DNA of 64,000 nucleotides, taken from positions 20,760-84,759 of the forward strand of contig JAJYNJ010000027.1 of assembly GCA_021786385.1 (NCBI GenBank), read 5' to 3'. The position numbers and the translations under genes are program-made. Shown here piece by piece: positions 50,500 through 59,796 of this stretch. Position 1 is the stretch's first letter. The number at the start of each line of letters is the position of its first letter. The notes beneath the pieces were generated by a model. That model was not told where the DNA came from and made no database searches. It saw only the letters and a program-made list of their open reading frames with translations. This DNA comes from Chloroflexota bacterium. GTDB lineage: Bacteria; Chloroflexota; Limnocylindria; Limnocylindrales; CSP1-4.

Positions 50500-51786
50500 T
50501 CAGCCATGCCGATGCGACTGCTCGCCGCGCTCGATCTCGCGGGCGAGGTCCGCAAGCGGCACCGGGTGCTGCGAGGCCGCGCGGAGGTCGCGCAGCTGGA
50601 CCAGTCCCTCCCGCAGCTCGTCGCCCAGGATCACCGCGAAGTGGGCGCCCTCGCGCGCGGCCTGTTCGAGCTGGCGTGAGAGGCGGCGTTGCCCGAGGTC
50701 GGCACGCGCGCAGATCCCGCCGTGCCGCAGATCGGTGGCGAAGCGCAGCCGCGAGACGGTGTCCGCGGGGTCGGCCCCGGTCACGAAGACCGCCGGATGG
50801 GCCGGCGCGGGCGCCGCGATCCTCTCCTCGGCAAGTGCCAGCACCACACGGTCGAGACCGAGCGCGAAGCCGATGCCGGGTGTCGGCTTGCCGCCGAGCA
50901 ACTGCACCAGGCCGTCGTAGCGGCCCCCGCCGCCGAGCGCCTGCTGCTGCCCCTCGGCCCCCTCACGGTAGAACTCGAAGGCGGTGCGCGTGTAGTAGTC
51001 GAGCCCCCGCACCAGCGACGGCTCGAGTCGAACCGGCACTCCCAACGCGTCGAGATGCGCACGCACGGCATCGAAATGGGTACGGCACGCGTCGCACAGC
51101 CGATCCACGATGCGGGGCGCCGCCGCGATCAGCGCCGCCATCTCCGGATCCTTCGAGTCGAGCAGGCGCAGTGGGTTCGTCGCGAGCCGGCTCCGTTCCA
51201 ACTCCGGCAGCCGCTCCCGGTGGGAGGCGAAATAGGCGGTGAGCTCCGTGACGTACGCTGGCCGGCAGGCGCCGTCGCCGATCGAATTGAGCAGCACCTT
51301 CACGTTGGGCAGCCCGGCTTCGACGTAGAAGCGGTGACCGAGCTCGACGATCTCGGCGTCGATCGCGGGCCCCGGGTCCCCGATCGCCTCCACGTCCCAC
51401 TGCCAGAACTGTCGGTAGCGACCGGCCTGCGGCCGGTCGTAACGGAACATCGGCCCGAGATACTGGACGCGCACGGGTTGCGGCAGCGTGTGCAAGCCGT
51501 GCTGCACGTATGCCCGCACGATGCCCGCGGTCCCCTCCGGCCGCAGCGCCCACGACTCCGCTTCCTCGCTGCGCGGCTGGATACGGAACAGCTCCTTCTC
51601 GACGATGTCGGTCGCCTCGCCGACGCCGCGCTCGAAGACCGCCGTCTGCTCGAAGATGGGCGTCTCGATCGAGGCGTACCCGTAGCGACGGGCCAGGTCG
51701 GATGCGATCGCGGCCAGGCGCTCCCAGGCCGGCCGCTCGGCGGGCAGCAGGTCCCGCGTGCCGCGCGGGGCTCGGAAGGAGGGCAT
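50500..51786 (-). CDS. hisS: histidine--tRNA ligase
   Basis: RGTRDLLP, the motif 2 FRYDRPQAGRYRQFWQ, and motif 3 GGGRYDGL. Confidence 0.85.
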   Translation of the reverse strand: MPSFRAPRGTRDLLPAERPAWERLAAIASDLARRYGYASIETPIFEQTAVFERGVGEATDIVEKELFRIQPRSEEAESWALRPEGTAGIVRAYVQHGLHTLPQPVRVQYLGPMFRYDRPQAGRYRQFWQWDVEAIGDPGPAIDAEIVELGHRFYVEAGLPNVKVLLNSIGDGACRPAYVTELTAYFASHRERLPELERSRLATNPLRLLDSKDPEMAALIAAAPRIVDRLCDACRTHFDAVRAHLDALGVPVRLEPSLVRGLDYYTRTAFEFYREGAEGQQQALGGGGRYDGLVQLLGGKPTPGIGFALGLDRVVLALAEERIAAPAPAHPAVFVTGADPADTVSRLRFATDLRHGGICARADLGQRRLSRQLEQAAREGAHFAVILGDELREGLVQLRDLRAASQHPVPLADLAREIERGEQSHRHG

Positions 51787-51894
51787 GCCCGAAGTCTAGC
51801 CGGTACGCGGCCCGGTCATGGCGACGCGTCGCGGCGCTCCCGCCACCTCCGCGGCGCGGCACCGGGATCGTCCCGTCACGGATAATGGACCCCG

Positions 51895-52575
51895 ATGCGC
51901 CACCGACCAGCCGCCCCCTGCCGCCCGTTCGTCGTACGGCTGCGCGTGCGGCCCGCCCTGCGGTCGCTCGGCGCACGCTTCCTGCTCCGCGGCTGGCTCG
52001 CCATCACGATCGGCCGAATCGTCATCAGCTGGCGGCCGCTCGACCCGCCCGAACTGGCGCACGAACTGGAGCACGTGCGCCAGTGGCAGCGGCACGGCCC
52101 GCTCGGCTTCGTCGCCCGCTACGCCGCCGCATCGCTGCGCGCGGCACTCGAGGGCGGCCACTGGTATCGGGACAACGCCTTCGAACGCGCGGCGGGGCGG
52201 GCGGCCGCGCGCGCAGCCGAGATCGCACGGTCTGGGTGCGCCTGCGACCCACCAAATCGAGGAGCGGAGATATCCATCCAGTGGCCGGGCGACTGGGGCG
52301 ACGCCGGCGCTCGAGGCACGTGCTCCGCAGGTGCCCCTCAGCTGAGGGCGCGCTGCACCGAGAAGACGTCCTTGACCTGTTCCAGCCGCGAGAGGACCCG
52401 CGCCAGCTGCGCCACCGACGAGACCTGCAGCGTGGCGTTCACGGTGGCCGTGTGGTCGGGGCGCGTCTCGACGTGCGCCGCCACGATGTTCACCTTCTGC
52501 TCGGCCACCACGTTCGTGATGTCGGAGAGCAGCCCAGTGCGGTCGTACGCGTCGAGGCGGATCGCGATCGGATAG
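51895..52575 (+). CDS. DUF4157-like putative zincin (HExxH) mini-protein; 3' end uncertain
   Basis: The first 110 or so codons have coding-like GC3 and read ...GWLAITIGRIVISWRPLDPPELAHELEHVRQWQRHG..., like the DUF4157 HELTHVVQQ core. After about 52240 the GC3 collapses, and the tail runs antisense into relA. Confidence 0.3.
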   Translation: MRHRPAAPCRPFVVRLRVRPALRSLGARFLLRGWLAITIGRIVISWRPLDPPELAHELEHVRQWQRHGPLGFVARYAAASLRAALEGGHWYRDNAFERAAGRAAARAAEIARSGCACDPPNRGAEISIQWPGDWGDAGARGTCSAGAPQLRARCTEKTSLTCSSRERTRASCATDETCSVAFTVAVWSGRVSTCAATMFTFCSATTFVMSESSPVRSYASRRIAIG

Positions 52576-54581
52576 GTGCGTTCCGCGGCGCCTTCCCACT
52601 CGACCTCGATCAGCCGCTCGACGTCCTTCTCGTGCTGGATCGTGACGCAGTCCCGCAGGTGCACCGTCACGCCCTTCCCGCGCGTGATGAACCCGATGAT
52701 CGGATCGCCGGGGATGGGGTGACAGCAGGCGGCAAAGCGCACGAGCAGGTCGCCGACACCCTTGACGCGCACGCCTCCCGTCTGGCTGGGCGGGAGCGGC
52801 GGCGCGACCGGTGGCAGCACGGTCTCGTTGGAGTCATCGACGACCCCCATGCGGATGACGACCTGTTGGGCACTCACCGCGCCGTAGCCCACGGCAGCCA
52901 GGAAATCGTCCACGCTCGGGAACTTGTAGAGCTCGGCCATCTCCGCCACACGGTCCGGCCCGACCCGCTCGAGCGATGTGCGGGCCAGGCGGCGCAGCTC
53001 CCGGTCGAGTGCCTCGCGGCCGTGCGCGATGTTCTCCTCGCGCTGCTGGCGCTTGAACCACTGCCGAATCTTTTCGCGGGCGTGCGTCGTCCGCACGATC
53101 GAGAGCCAGTCGCGCGAGGGTCCATGGGCGGCCTTGGTGGTCACGATCTCGACGATGTCACCGTTGCGCAGCTTGTAGTCGAGCGGCACCAGCCGGTTGT
53201 TGACCTTCGCGCCGATGCAGCGGTGTCCGACGTCGGTGTGAATGCGGTACGCGAAGTCGAGGGGCGTCGATCCCGCCGGGAGGTCCTTCACCTCGCCTTT
53301 CGGCGTGAACACGAAGACCTGGTCCTGGAAGACGTCGAGCTTGAGCCCCTCGACGAACTCGGTGGCGTCCGCGACCTCGCGCTGCCACTCCATCAGCTGC
53401 CGGATCCAGGCGAGCTTCGCGTCGTAGTCCCGATCGGACCGGGAGCCCTCCTTGTAGCGCCAGTGCGCGGCGATGCCAACTTCGGCGATGCGATGCATCT
53501 GGTGAGTCCGGATCTGCACCTCGAGGGGATGCCCTTCCAGCGCGATCACCGCCGTGTGCAAGCTCTGGTAGCCGTTCGCCTTGGGCATCGCGATGTAGTC
53601 GTCGAACTGCCCGGGGATCGGACGCCAGAGGGAATGCACCACGCCCAGCGCGGCGTAGCAGTCCTTGACCTCGTCGACCAGCACGCGGATCGCGTAGACG
53701 TCGTAGACCTCGTCGAAGTTCGCGGCTTTGCGCTGCATCTTGCGGTGGATGCTGTACAGGTGCTTGGGGCGCCCCGACAGCTCGGCCCGGATCCCGCTCG
53801 CCTCGAGCGCCTCTTGTAGCTCGGCCATGGCGCGCTCGACGTAGGACTCGCGCGCGGTCCGCCGCACCTCCAGCTGCTGCGCCAGCGACCGGAACGCCAC
53901 CGGCTCCAGCACCTTGAACGCGAGGTCCTCGAGCTCCCACTTCATCTGCCAGATCCCGAGCCGCTCTGCCAGCGGCGCGTAGATCTCGAGCGTCTGCCGG
54001 GCGATCCGCTGCTGCTTCTCGGGAGGAAGTCCCGCGATCGTGCGCATGTTGTGGAGCCGGTCGGCGAGTTTGATCAGGACGACTCGGACGTCCTCGGCCA
54101 TGGCCAGGAACATCTTGCGGATGTTCTCGGCCTGACGCTCCTCGTGGCTGTGCGCGCTGAACTTGGAGAGCTTCGTGACGCCGTCCACGAGCTGCGCCAC
54201 CTCGGGCCCGAAGCGCTCCTCCACGTCTTGCAGCGAGTACTCGGTGTCCTCCGGGATGTCGTGGAGGAGCGCGGCCTGGATCGCGACCGGGTCGAGGCCG
54301 AGCTCCGCGAGCGTCTGAGCGGCCGCAATGGGGTGCGTGACGTAGGGCTCGCCGCTCGCGCGTTTCTGATCGGCGTGTGCCTCGAGGGCAAACCGATACG
54401 CGCGTTCGATCCCCGAGAGATCGGCCAGCGGATGGTGGCTGCGGACCTCGTCGATCAGGCGGTTCGCGAGCGCGTCGATCTGTTCCGGGGTGGGGGCCGG
54501 TTCCTCGCGCTCGCGGGCCGCTGCCGCGGCCCGGCGGGCGGAACGGGAGGGGACGCTCGCAGGCTCGATCGACATGGGCAC
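52338..54581 (-). CDS. relA: bifunctional (p)ppGpp synthetase/hydrolase Rel
   Basis: An HD hydrolase domain (HDIPEDT) is followed by a synthetase domain (RPKHLYSIHRKM), and then TGS and ACT domains. Confidence 0.85.
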   Translation of the reverse strand: MPMSIEPASVPSRSARRAAAAAREREEPAPTPEQIDALANRLIDEVRSHHPLADLSGIERAYRFALEAHADQKRASGEPYVTHPIAAAQTLAELGLDPVAIQAALLHDIPEDTEYSLQDVEERFGPEVAQLVDGVTKLSKFSAHSHEERQAENIRKMFLAMAEDVRVVLIKLADRLHNMRTIAGLPPEKQQRIARQTLEIYAPLAERLGIWQMKWELEDLAFKVLEPVAFRSLAQQLEVRRTARESYVERAMAELQEALEASGIRAELSGRPKHLYSIHRKMQRKAANFDEVYDVYAIRVLVDEVKDCYAALGVVHSLWRPIPGQFDDYIAMPKANGYQSLHTAVIALEGHPLEVQIRTHQMHRIAEVGIAAHWRYKEGSRSDRDYDAKLAWIRQLMEWQREVADATEFVEGLKLDVFQDQVFVFTPKGEVKDLPAGSTPLDFAYRIHTDVGHRCIGAKVNNRLVPLDYKLRNGDIVEIVTTKAAHGPSRDWLSIVRTTHAREKIRQWFKRQQREENIAHGREALDRELRRLARTSLERVGPDRVAEMAELYKFPSVDDFLAAVGYGAVSAQQVVIRMGVVDDSNETVLPPVAPPLPPSQTGGVRVKGVGDLLVRFAACCHPIPGDPIIGFITRGKGVTVHLRDCVTIQHEKDVERLIEVEWEGAAERTYPIAIRLDAYDRTGLLSDITNVVAEQKVNIVAAHVETRPDHTATVNATLQVSSVAQLARVLSRLEQVKDVFSVQRALS

Positions 54582-54664
54582 CCATCATACCGCCCGCGCT
54601 GAGATCGAACGGATGCGCGGTTCCCTCGGGGGCACGGCGGGCGGAGGGCTCGGCCCGCCGTGCC

Positions 54665-55768
54665 TCAGCGGAGTCGGCGCGCCAGGCGCCAGCCCAGCCC
54701 GAGCAACGGCCGCGGGGCGAAGTCGTGGGCGCGTACGAAGACCACGCCGCGGGCGCCGAACCCGCGCTTGAACTCGTAGAGGTTCCAGAGCGGATGGCTG
54801 CGGTTGAACGGCAGCCCTGGCGCGTCCCGCGTGTCCACGCCGCCCAGGTCGTAGACCGTGAACCCGTGCGCCGCACCCCAGCGCATGATGGCCCACTGCA
54901 GCAGGTGGTTGGCTCGCGTTGCCCGGAGGTCCGCGTCGTCCGGCGACCCCGCCACGTGCGAGACCAAGCGCCGGCCGCAGTGCAGGAGGACGACGCCGTT
55001 CTGGCGTCGGCCGCCGGCGACGGCGAACCAGAGGCTGGCCAAGCCGGCCGCCCCGAGCGCCCGCCACTGGTCGAGCTGGTAGTCCCGATCGCGCACGATG
55101 AACCCTTCGCGCCGGCCCGTGGCAGCGAACATCTCCCAGAAGCACGCCAGCGCCTCTTCACGCCCGAGCGGGTCGGCGAGGTCGACCCGCTCGGCAGTCA
55201 CGCCCGCGCGCCGCGCCTTGTTGATGTTCCGGGCGGTGCTGTCACCGAGCAGCTCGTGCTGCGCGCCCTCGTCCTCCCGGAGCGGCACGAGCATGGCTGT
55301 GCGCGAGACCTGGACCTCCCGCGGCGACGGCCGGAAGCCTTCACGAGCGAGCGCGACGGCGGGCTCGCTCCCCTCCTCCCAGGCTGGGTCGATCGTCAGG
55401 ACGGCCGCGTAGCGCGCCCGTGCTACGCGACGCAGCCCAGCGAGCGCCGCGGCCACGGCCTCCGCGTCGCTGCGCAACAACACCGGCCCCCGGGGCGCGT
55501 AGAGGTAGGTGAGCCGGCCGAGCGGGCCGGGAAGGCGCCGGGCGAAGGGCCGCTCCTGCAGCGCGGCCACAGCCACGCGCTCGCTCCCGAGCTCGAACAG
55601 CACGCGCAGAGGCCGCCATCCGAGCCGCGCCTTGCTCTCGCCCCAGGCGTGCGACTGGAACACCTCGCCGCGGGCACTGCGGACGGCCAGCGCATCCCAC
55701 TCGACGGGGTCCCACGCCGTGGCGTCCACGACGCGGAGCGAAGCCGGTTCGGCGGCGGACTGTGACAC
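54665..55768 (-). CDS. FemAB-family peptidoglycan interpeptide-bridge aminoacyltransferase (paralogue 2)
   Basis: The C-terminal hallmark LYEFKRGFGARGV is present. The start is probably the GTG near 55768 (VSQSAAEPASLRVVDA...). The M-start ORF in the track over-extends into the upstream paralogue. Confidence 0.6.
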   Translation of the reverse strand: MSQSAAEPASLRVVDATAWDPVEWDALAVRSARGEVFQSHAWGESKARLGWRPLRVLFELGSERVAVAALQERPFARRLPGPLGRLTYLYAPRGPVLLRSDAEAVAAALAGLRRVARARYAAVLTIDPAWEEGSEPAVALAREGFRPSPREVQVSRTAMLVPLREDEGAQHELLGDSTARNINKARRAGVTAERVDLADPLGREEALACFWEMFAATGRREGFIVRDRDYQLDQWRALGAAGLASLWFAVAGGRRQNGVVLLHCGRRLVSHVAGSPDDADLRATRANHLLQWAIMRWGAAHGFTVYDLGGVDTRDAPGLPFNRSHPLWNLYEFKRGFGARGVVFVRAHDFAPRPLLGLGWRLARRLR

Positions 55769-55827
55769 GGCGGGGATGATACGCGCCACGCCCCGCTGCG
55801 CAGAGGCCGCGCGACGCCGGGGTTCCG

Positions 55828-56964
55828 TCACGCGCCGCGGCCGGGCGCGGGTCTGCCCCACCGCCTTCGGAGCTGCTCGCGCAGGTCGCGTATGAGATAC
55901 CACGCCGGCGAGAGCACGAGGTCGAACGTGCCGGGATGGCGCAGTGGCGTGCCCCCAAAACCTCGCTTGAAGAGACTGAAGCCGGCCCACGCCGGATCGG
56001 CCGACGCATCCTCCGCCTCGGCCACGCCCCACAAGTCGAGCGACTCCCGCCCGTCGGCGGCGAGCGCTTCGACGCACGCCCAGAGGGCAGCGTAGGCGCC
56101 GTGGGCGTGGCGCAGCCCCGGTTCCCGCAGCGACGCCGCGTAGAGGTAGAAGGCGCGCGGCCCGACCGCGAGCGTCAGGCAACCCGCGATGGGGCGGTCG
56201 TCGAGTTCGGCGAGCACCAAGTAGGCGTCGCCGCGCGCGCCGAACGTGGCTGCGATGGCCTCGAAGGCGGCGCGTGGCCGCACTCGGAAACCCGCCCGCG
56301 ACCCAGTCTGGGCCAGCAACGCGGCGAACGCCGCATACGCGGCCCGATCCCCGTCGCGCACCACGCGCGACCGGACGCCCTCGCGCGCCGAACGACGGAC
56401 GAGGTTGCGGGTGTCCTTCTCGAGTCCAGCGAAGACCGCTGCGGACCCGGCGCGCAGGTCCACGACGCGGGTTGTCGGCGCCTGGAGGTCGGCCCGCGCC
56501 CGGCGCAGCCCATGGGCCCGCAAGAGGGTCGCGAGCTGCTCGGCGGAGGTGCCGGCGGTCGCGCGCGGGTCACACTTCAATACGATCCCCTGCTCGCGCC
56601 GACCCAGCTCCCGCAGGCCGCCGAGCAACGTGGCGAGGACCGCGGCGCCGTCGGCGGCGCCCGCATCCCAGGCCGGTCCGTGCGGGACGTAGAGCACGCG
56701 GTGCGTCGCAAACGGGCCGCGCCCCGCGGTCGCCTCCCGCACGAGTACCTGCGCGACGCCCCGCAGATGGCCGTCCGCATCGCTCGCCAGCCAGCGCTCC
56801 GGCCGCTCGCCACCGGTCGCCGCGACCGCGCCCCAATCCCACGCCTGCAACGGGTCGGCGGACGGGAGCCTCGCCACGAACGCGTCCCAAGCACCGCGGT
56901 CAGCGGCATCGGCCGCGCGCACGACGAGTGGCGGCGCCGCGCGGCGGGTCGGGACTCCGCTCAC
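55828..56964 (-). CDS. FemAB-family peptidoglycan interpeptide-bridge aminoacyltransferase (paralogue 1)
   Basis: 378 aa with a GFSLFKRGFGGTP motif. It overlaps the murE stop by 4 nt. Confidence 0.65.
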   Translation of the reverse strand: MSGVPTRRAAPPLVVRAADAADRGAWDAFVARLPSADPLQAWDWGAVAATGGERPERWLASDADGHLRGVAQVLVREATAGRGPFATHRVLYVPHGPAWDAGAADGAAVLATLLGGLRELGRREQGIVLKCDPRATAGTSAEQLATLLRAHGLRRARADLQAPTTRVVDLRAGSAAVFAGLEKDTRNLVRRSAREGVRSRVVRDGDRAAYAAFAALLAQTGSRAGFRVRPRAAFEAIAATFGARGDAYLVLAELDDRPIAGCLTLAVGPRAFYLYAASLREPGLRHAHGAYAALWACVEALAADGRESLDLWGVAEAEDASADPAWAGFSLFKRGFGGTPLRHPGTFDLVLSPAWYLIRDLREQLRRRWGRPAPGRGA

Positions 56965-58634
56965 GCCGATCGGGGGCCCGCGGCATCGCGGCGGCCGGGC
57001 AGAGCGCCCCCATCCGGCAGGTCGCCACCGCCGGAGCGGTGACGGCCGGGGCCACCCGCCCGAGGATGGGCGCGGGCATGCGTCAGCGCCGCCAGCGCCG
57101 CCTCGACCGCCGCGCGTTCGTCCCAGGGCCGCGGCCCGTCCGCCATCTCGATCGTCGACTCGTGCCCCTTGCCGGCCAGCAACACCACGTCTCCGGGGGT
57201 CGCGCGCTCGATCGCCGCGCGGATCGCGGCCGTCCGGTCCGGGATCAGCAGCAGGTCGTGCCCGCGGACCCTGCCGGCCGCCTCGGCACCGGCGGCGATC
57301 GCCTCGAGGATCGCCGCGCGGTCTTCGCCACGGGGGTCCTCATCGGTCAGCACCACCAGGCGGCAGCGTTCTCCGGCCACGCGTCCCATCAGCGGACGCT
57401 TCATCACGTCGCGTTCCCCGGCCGACCCAAAGACCGCCACCAGACCGCCCCCGGCCGCCGCCGCCAGCGGGGCCAGATCGTCGAGGACCAGCTGCAGCGC
57501 GTTCGGCGTGTGGGCGTAGTCGACGACCACGGTGAACGGCAGCTCCGTTGGCACGCGCTCCATCCGCCCGGGGACCGGCTCGACCGCCTGCAGGCCTTGG
57601 CGCACGGCGGCCGGGTCAAGACCGAGGGCCTCCCCCACCGCGATCGCGGCGAGGGCGTTCTGCGCGTTGAAGCTGCCGGCCAGGCGCAACGCGACCGACC
57701 CCGCCCAGCGTGGCGTGGCCACCTGCAGGTGGAGCGCGTCGGCGTCCTGCGCGACCTGTCGCAGGCGCACGTCGGCCTCCGCGGCGCGCCCGTAGGTGAC
57801 GAGACGCGCGCCGGCCGATTCTGTCGCGGCCATGAACTCGGCGGCCCAGGCGTCGTCGAGGTTCACCACGCCGCTCTTGCCCCAACCTTTCTCCGGGTTA
57901 CGCTCACCCACCGCGAGCGCCTCGAAGAGCCGCCGCTTGGCGGCCCGGTACGCGGCGTGGGTGCGGTGAAACTCCAGGTGCTCGTGGGTCAGGTTGGTCA
58001 AGACCGCGACGTCATACGCGATCTCTGCGACACGGTCCTGGGCCAGCCCGTGCGAAGTAGACTCGACGACCGCGAACCGATCGCCCGCTGCGACCATCGC
58101 CGCGAGGGCCGCCTGCAGCTCGGGTGCCTCGGGCGTGGTGGCCCGGCTCGGCCCGCCAAAGCGCGCCCCGCCCACGATCGTGGCGACGGTGCTGCTCAGG
58201 CCACATCGCTGACCGGCCGCCTCGAGCATCGCGCGCACGAGGAAGCTCGTCGTGGTCTTGCCGTCCGTGCCAGTGATCCCGACCACCCCAAGCTGCGCGG
58301 CGGGAAAGCCCTCGAGCCACGCCGCCGCGGTTGCCAGCGCGGGCCGCGCGGCACGCACGACGAGCTGCGGCACCCCGACCCCCGAGAGCGGACGCTCGAC
58401 CAGCACGCCGCAGGCGCCGGCCCGCACGGCCTGGGGCACGAAGTCGTGGCCGTCCGCGCGGCCCCCGGGGATGGCCACGAACAGACTCCCCTCGCGCACC
58501 CGCCGAGAGTCGTAGTCGACGCGCTGGACGACGACCGCCTCGGGCGAGGCGACACCGGCGGCGACCGCGACGAGGTTGCCGCGCCGCCGAAGCAGATCGA
58601 TCAGCTCGCCCAGGGGCCGCGCCGTCTCAGACAC
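56961..58634 (-). CDS. murE: UDP-N-acetylmuramoyl-L-alanyl-D-glutamate--diamino-acid ligase MurE
   Basis: GITGTDGKTTT P-loop and DYAHTP. The specificity region reads DEDPRGED, which retains the Arg of the DNPR motif. Confidence 0.85.
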   Translation of the reverse strand: MSETARPLGELIDLLRRRGNLVAVAAGVASPEAVVVQRVDYDSRRVREGSLFVAIPGGRADGHDFVPQAVRAGACGVLVERPLSGVGVPQLVVRAARPALATAAAWLEGFPAAQLGVVGITGTDGKTTTSFLVRAMLEAAGQRCGLSSTVATIVGGARFGGPSRATTPEAPELQAALAAMVAAGDRFAVVESTSHGLAQDRVAEIAYDVAVLTNLTHEHLEFHRTHAAYRAAKRRLFEALAVGERNPEKGWGKSGVVNLDDAWAAEFMAATESAGARLVTYGRAAEADVRLRQVAQDADALHLQVATPRWAGSVALRLAGSFNAQNALAAIAVGEALGLDPAAVRQGLQAVEPVPGRMERVPTELPFTVVVDYAHTPNALQLVLDDLAPLAAAAGGGLVAVFGSAGERDVMKRPLMGRVAGERCRLVVLTDEDPRGEDRAAILEAIAAGAEAAGRVRGHDLLLIPDRTAAIRAAIERATPGDVVLLAGKGHESTIEMADGPRPWDERAAVEAALAALTHARAHPRAGGPGRHRSGGGDLPDGGALPGRRDAAGPRSA

Positions 58635-58751
58635 CCTCCCATCGTAGCCGGTCGGCAGCGACGGCCCCGCACCTGCCGCGACACCGGGGGCAGGAGGTAG
58701 TCCAGCGGCGCGCCCGCCAGCGTGGCATGGGCACGGCCCCTCCCGGCTGCC

Positions 58752-59795
58752 TCACGGCTCGCCGTCCGCTCCGATCCTCCGCCGTGCCCGCTCCAGGCGG
58801 CGCCGAGCCACCACGACGCGCGCCGCCTGCGCGGCCTCGACAGCCCACCGCACGAGCGGGCGGACCGTCAGCTCCAGCCCGCCGATGTAGTCGACCTCGC
58901 GGCCGCCGAACCCAACCTTGAAGTGCTCGATCCCCGCGTGCGAGAGCCCCCACAGGTCGTACAGCGCGTAGCCGGCTTCACGCGAGGAACGGATCGCTTC
59001 CCATTTCAGCAAGTAGTTCGCCCGCGACACCGCACCCGCTTGCGTCATCCCGCCGTACGGCTCGACGATCCGGCGCCCCCAGCCGATCAGCAGCAGCACC
59101 GCCTGCGCCCTGCCCGCGCCGTCCTGCGCTACCAGCAGGCGCGCCCGACCGTGCGCGGCGAACGCCTCGTAGACCGCCCTGTAGCTCGCGGCGCTGCGGT
59201 ACGTGAAGCCGCCACGCAGCGCGGTCTCGACGTAGATCGCGTAGAAGTCGTCGAGCCGCTCCGGGCCCGCCTCGACCACGAGGATCCCGTTGCGCCGCGC
59301 CTTCTGCACGTACTGGCGCCACTTGGGCCGCAGATCGGCCCACAGCTCCTCTTCGCGCCGCGTCAGGTCGATCCACCGCGAGCGGGGTGGCTGTGGCGAC
59401 GGGCAGGGCCGCCAGCCCGCCCGCAGGAACCAACCGAGTTCGGGCCCTCCCACTTCGATCTCCGGGTCGATCACCACGTGGCTGAGCTGCTCCTCGGCGG
59501 CGACCTGCCGCAGCGCGTCCGTCCAGGCACCAACGCCTGCCTCGTCGAGCGTCTGCGCCAGCGGGCCGCGCGGCACGTACCCTACCGACCAGGGCAGCGG
59601 CCCGATGCGGTGCATCAGGAGCTGGCCGCCGACCAGACCGCTCCCACCCACGCCGATCACCCGCCGCGAGCGCCAGCGGTTGCCCGCCTTGACCGCCGCC
59701 CAAGGCGTCGCCTGGAGATACGGGGCGAGCGGGGTCGCCGCGACGAAGGTGTCCCAGGCTGCCGGGTCGGTGCCGAGCGCGCGCCTCGCGTCCAC
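58752..59795 (-). CDS. FemAB-family peptidoglycan interpeptide-bridge aminoacyltransferase (paralogue 3)
   Basis: HFKVGFGGREVDY motif. The probable GTG start at about 59795 overlaps the murJ stop. The N-terminal Cys/Trp-rich extension in the track is likely not translated. Confidence 0.6.
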   Translation of the reverse strand: MDARRALGTDPAAWDTFVAATPLAPYLQATPWAAVKAGNRWRSRRVIGVGGSGLVGGQLLMHRIGPLPWSVGYVPRGPLAQTLDEAGVGAWTDALRQVAAEEQLSHVVIDPEIEVGGPELGWFLRAGWRPCPSPQPPRSRWIDLTRREEELWADLRPKWRQYVQKARRNGILVVEAGPERLDDFYAIYVETALRGGFTYRSAASYRAVYEAFAAHGRARLLVAQDGAGRAQAVLLLIGWGRRIVEPYGGMTQAGAVSRANYLLKWEAIRSSREAGYALYDLWGLSHAGIEHFKVGFGGREVDYIGGLELTVRPLVRWAVEAAQAARVVVARRRLERARRRIGADGEP

Positions 59796-59796
59796 C

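Noticed and set aside
51787-52337. T-box riboswitch leader upstream of hisS-aspS, as in Bacillus.
   Set aside because: I searched the minus-strand leader for the AGGGUGGNACCGCG T-box core and a terminator/antiterminator pair. The closest sequence (GGAGGTGGCGGGAGCGCCGCG) does not fit the spacing. It cannot be excluded without a covariance-model search.
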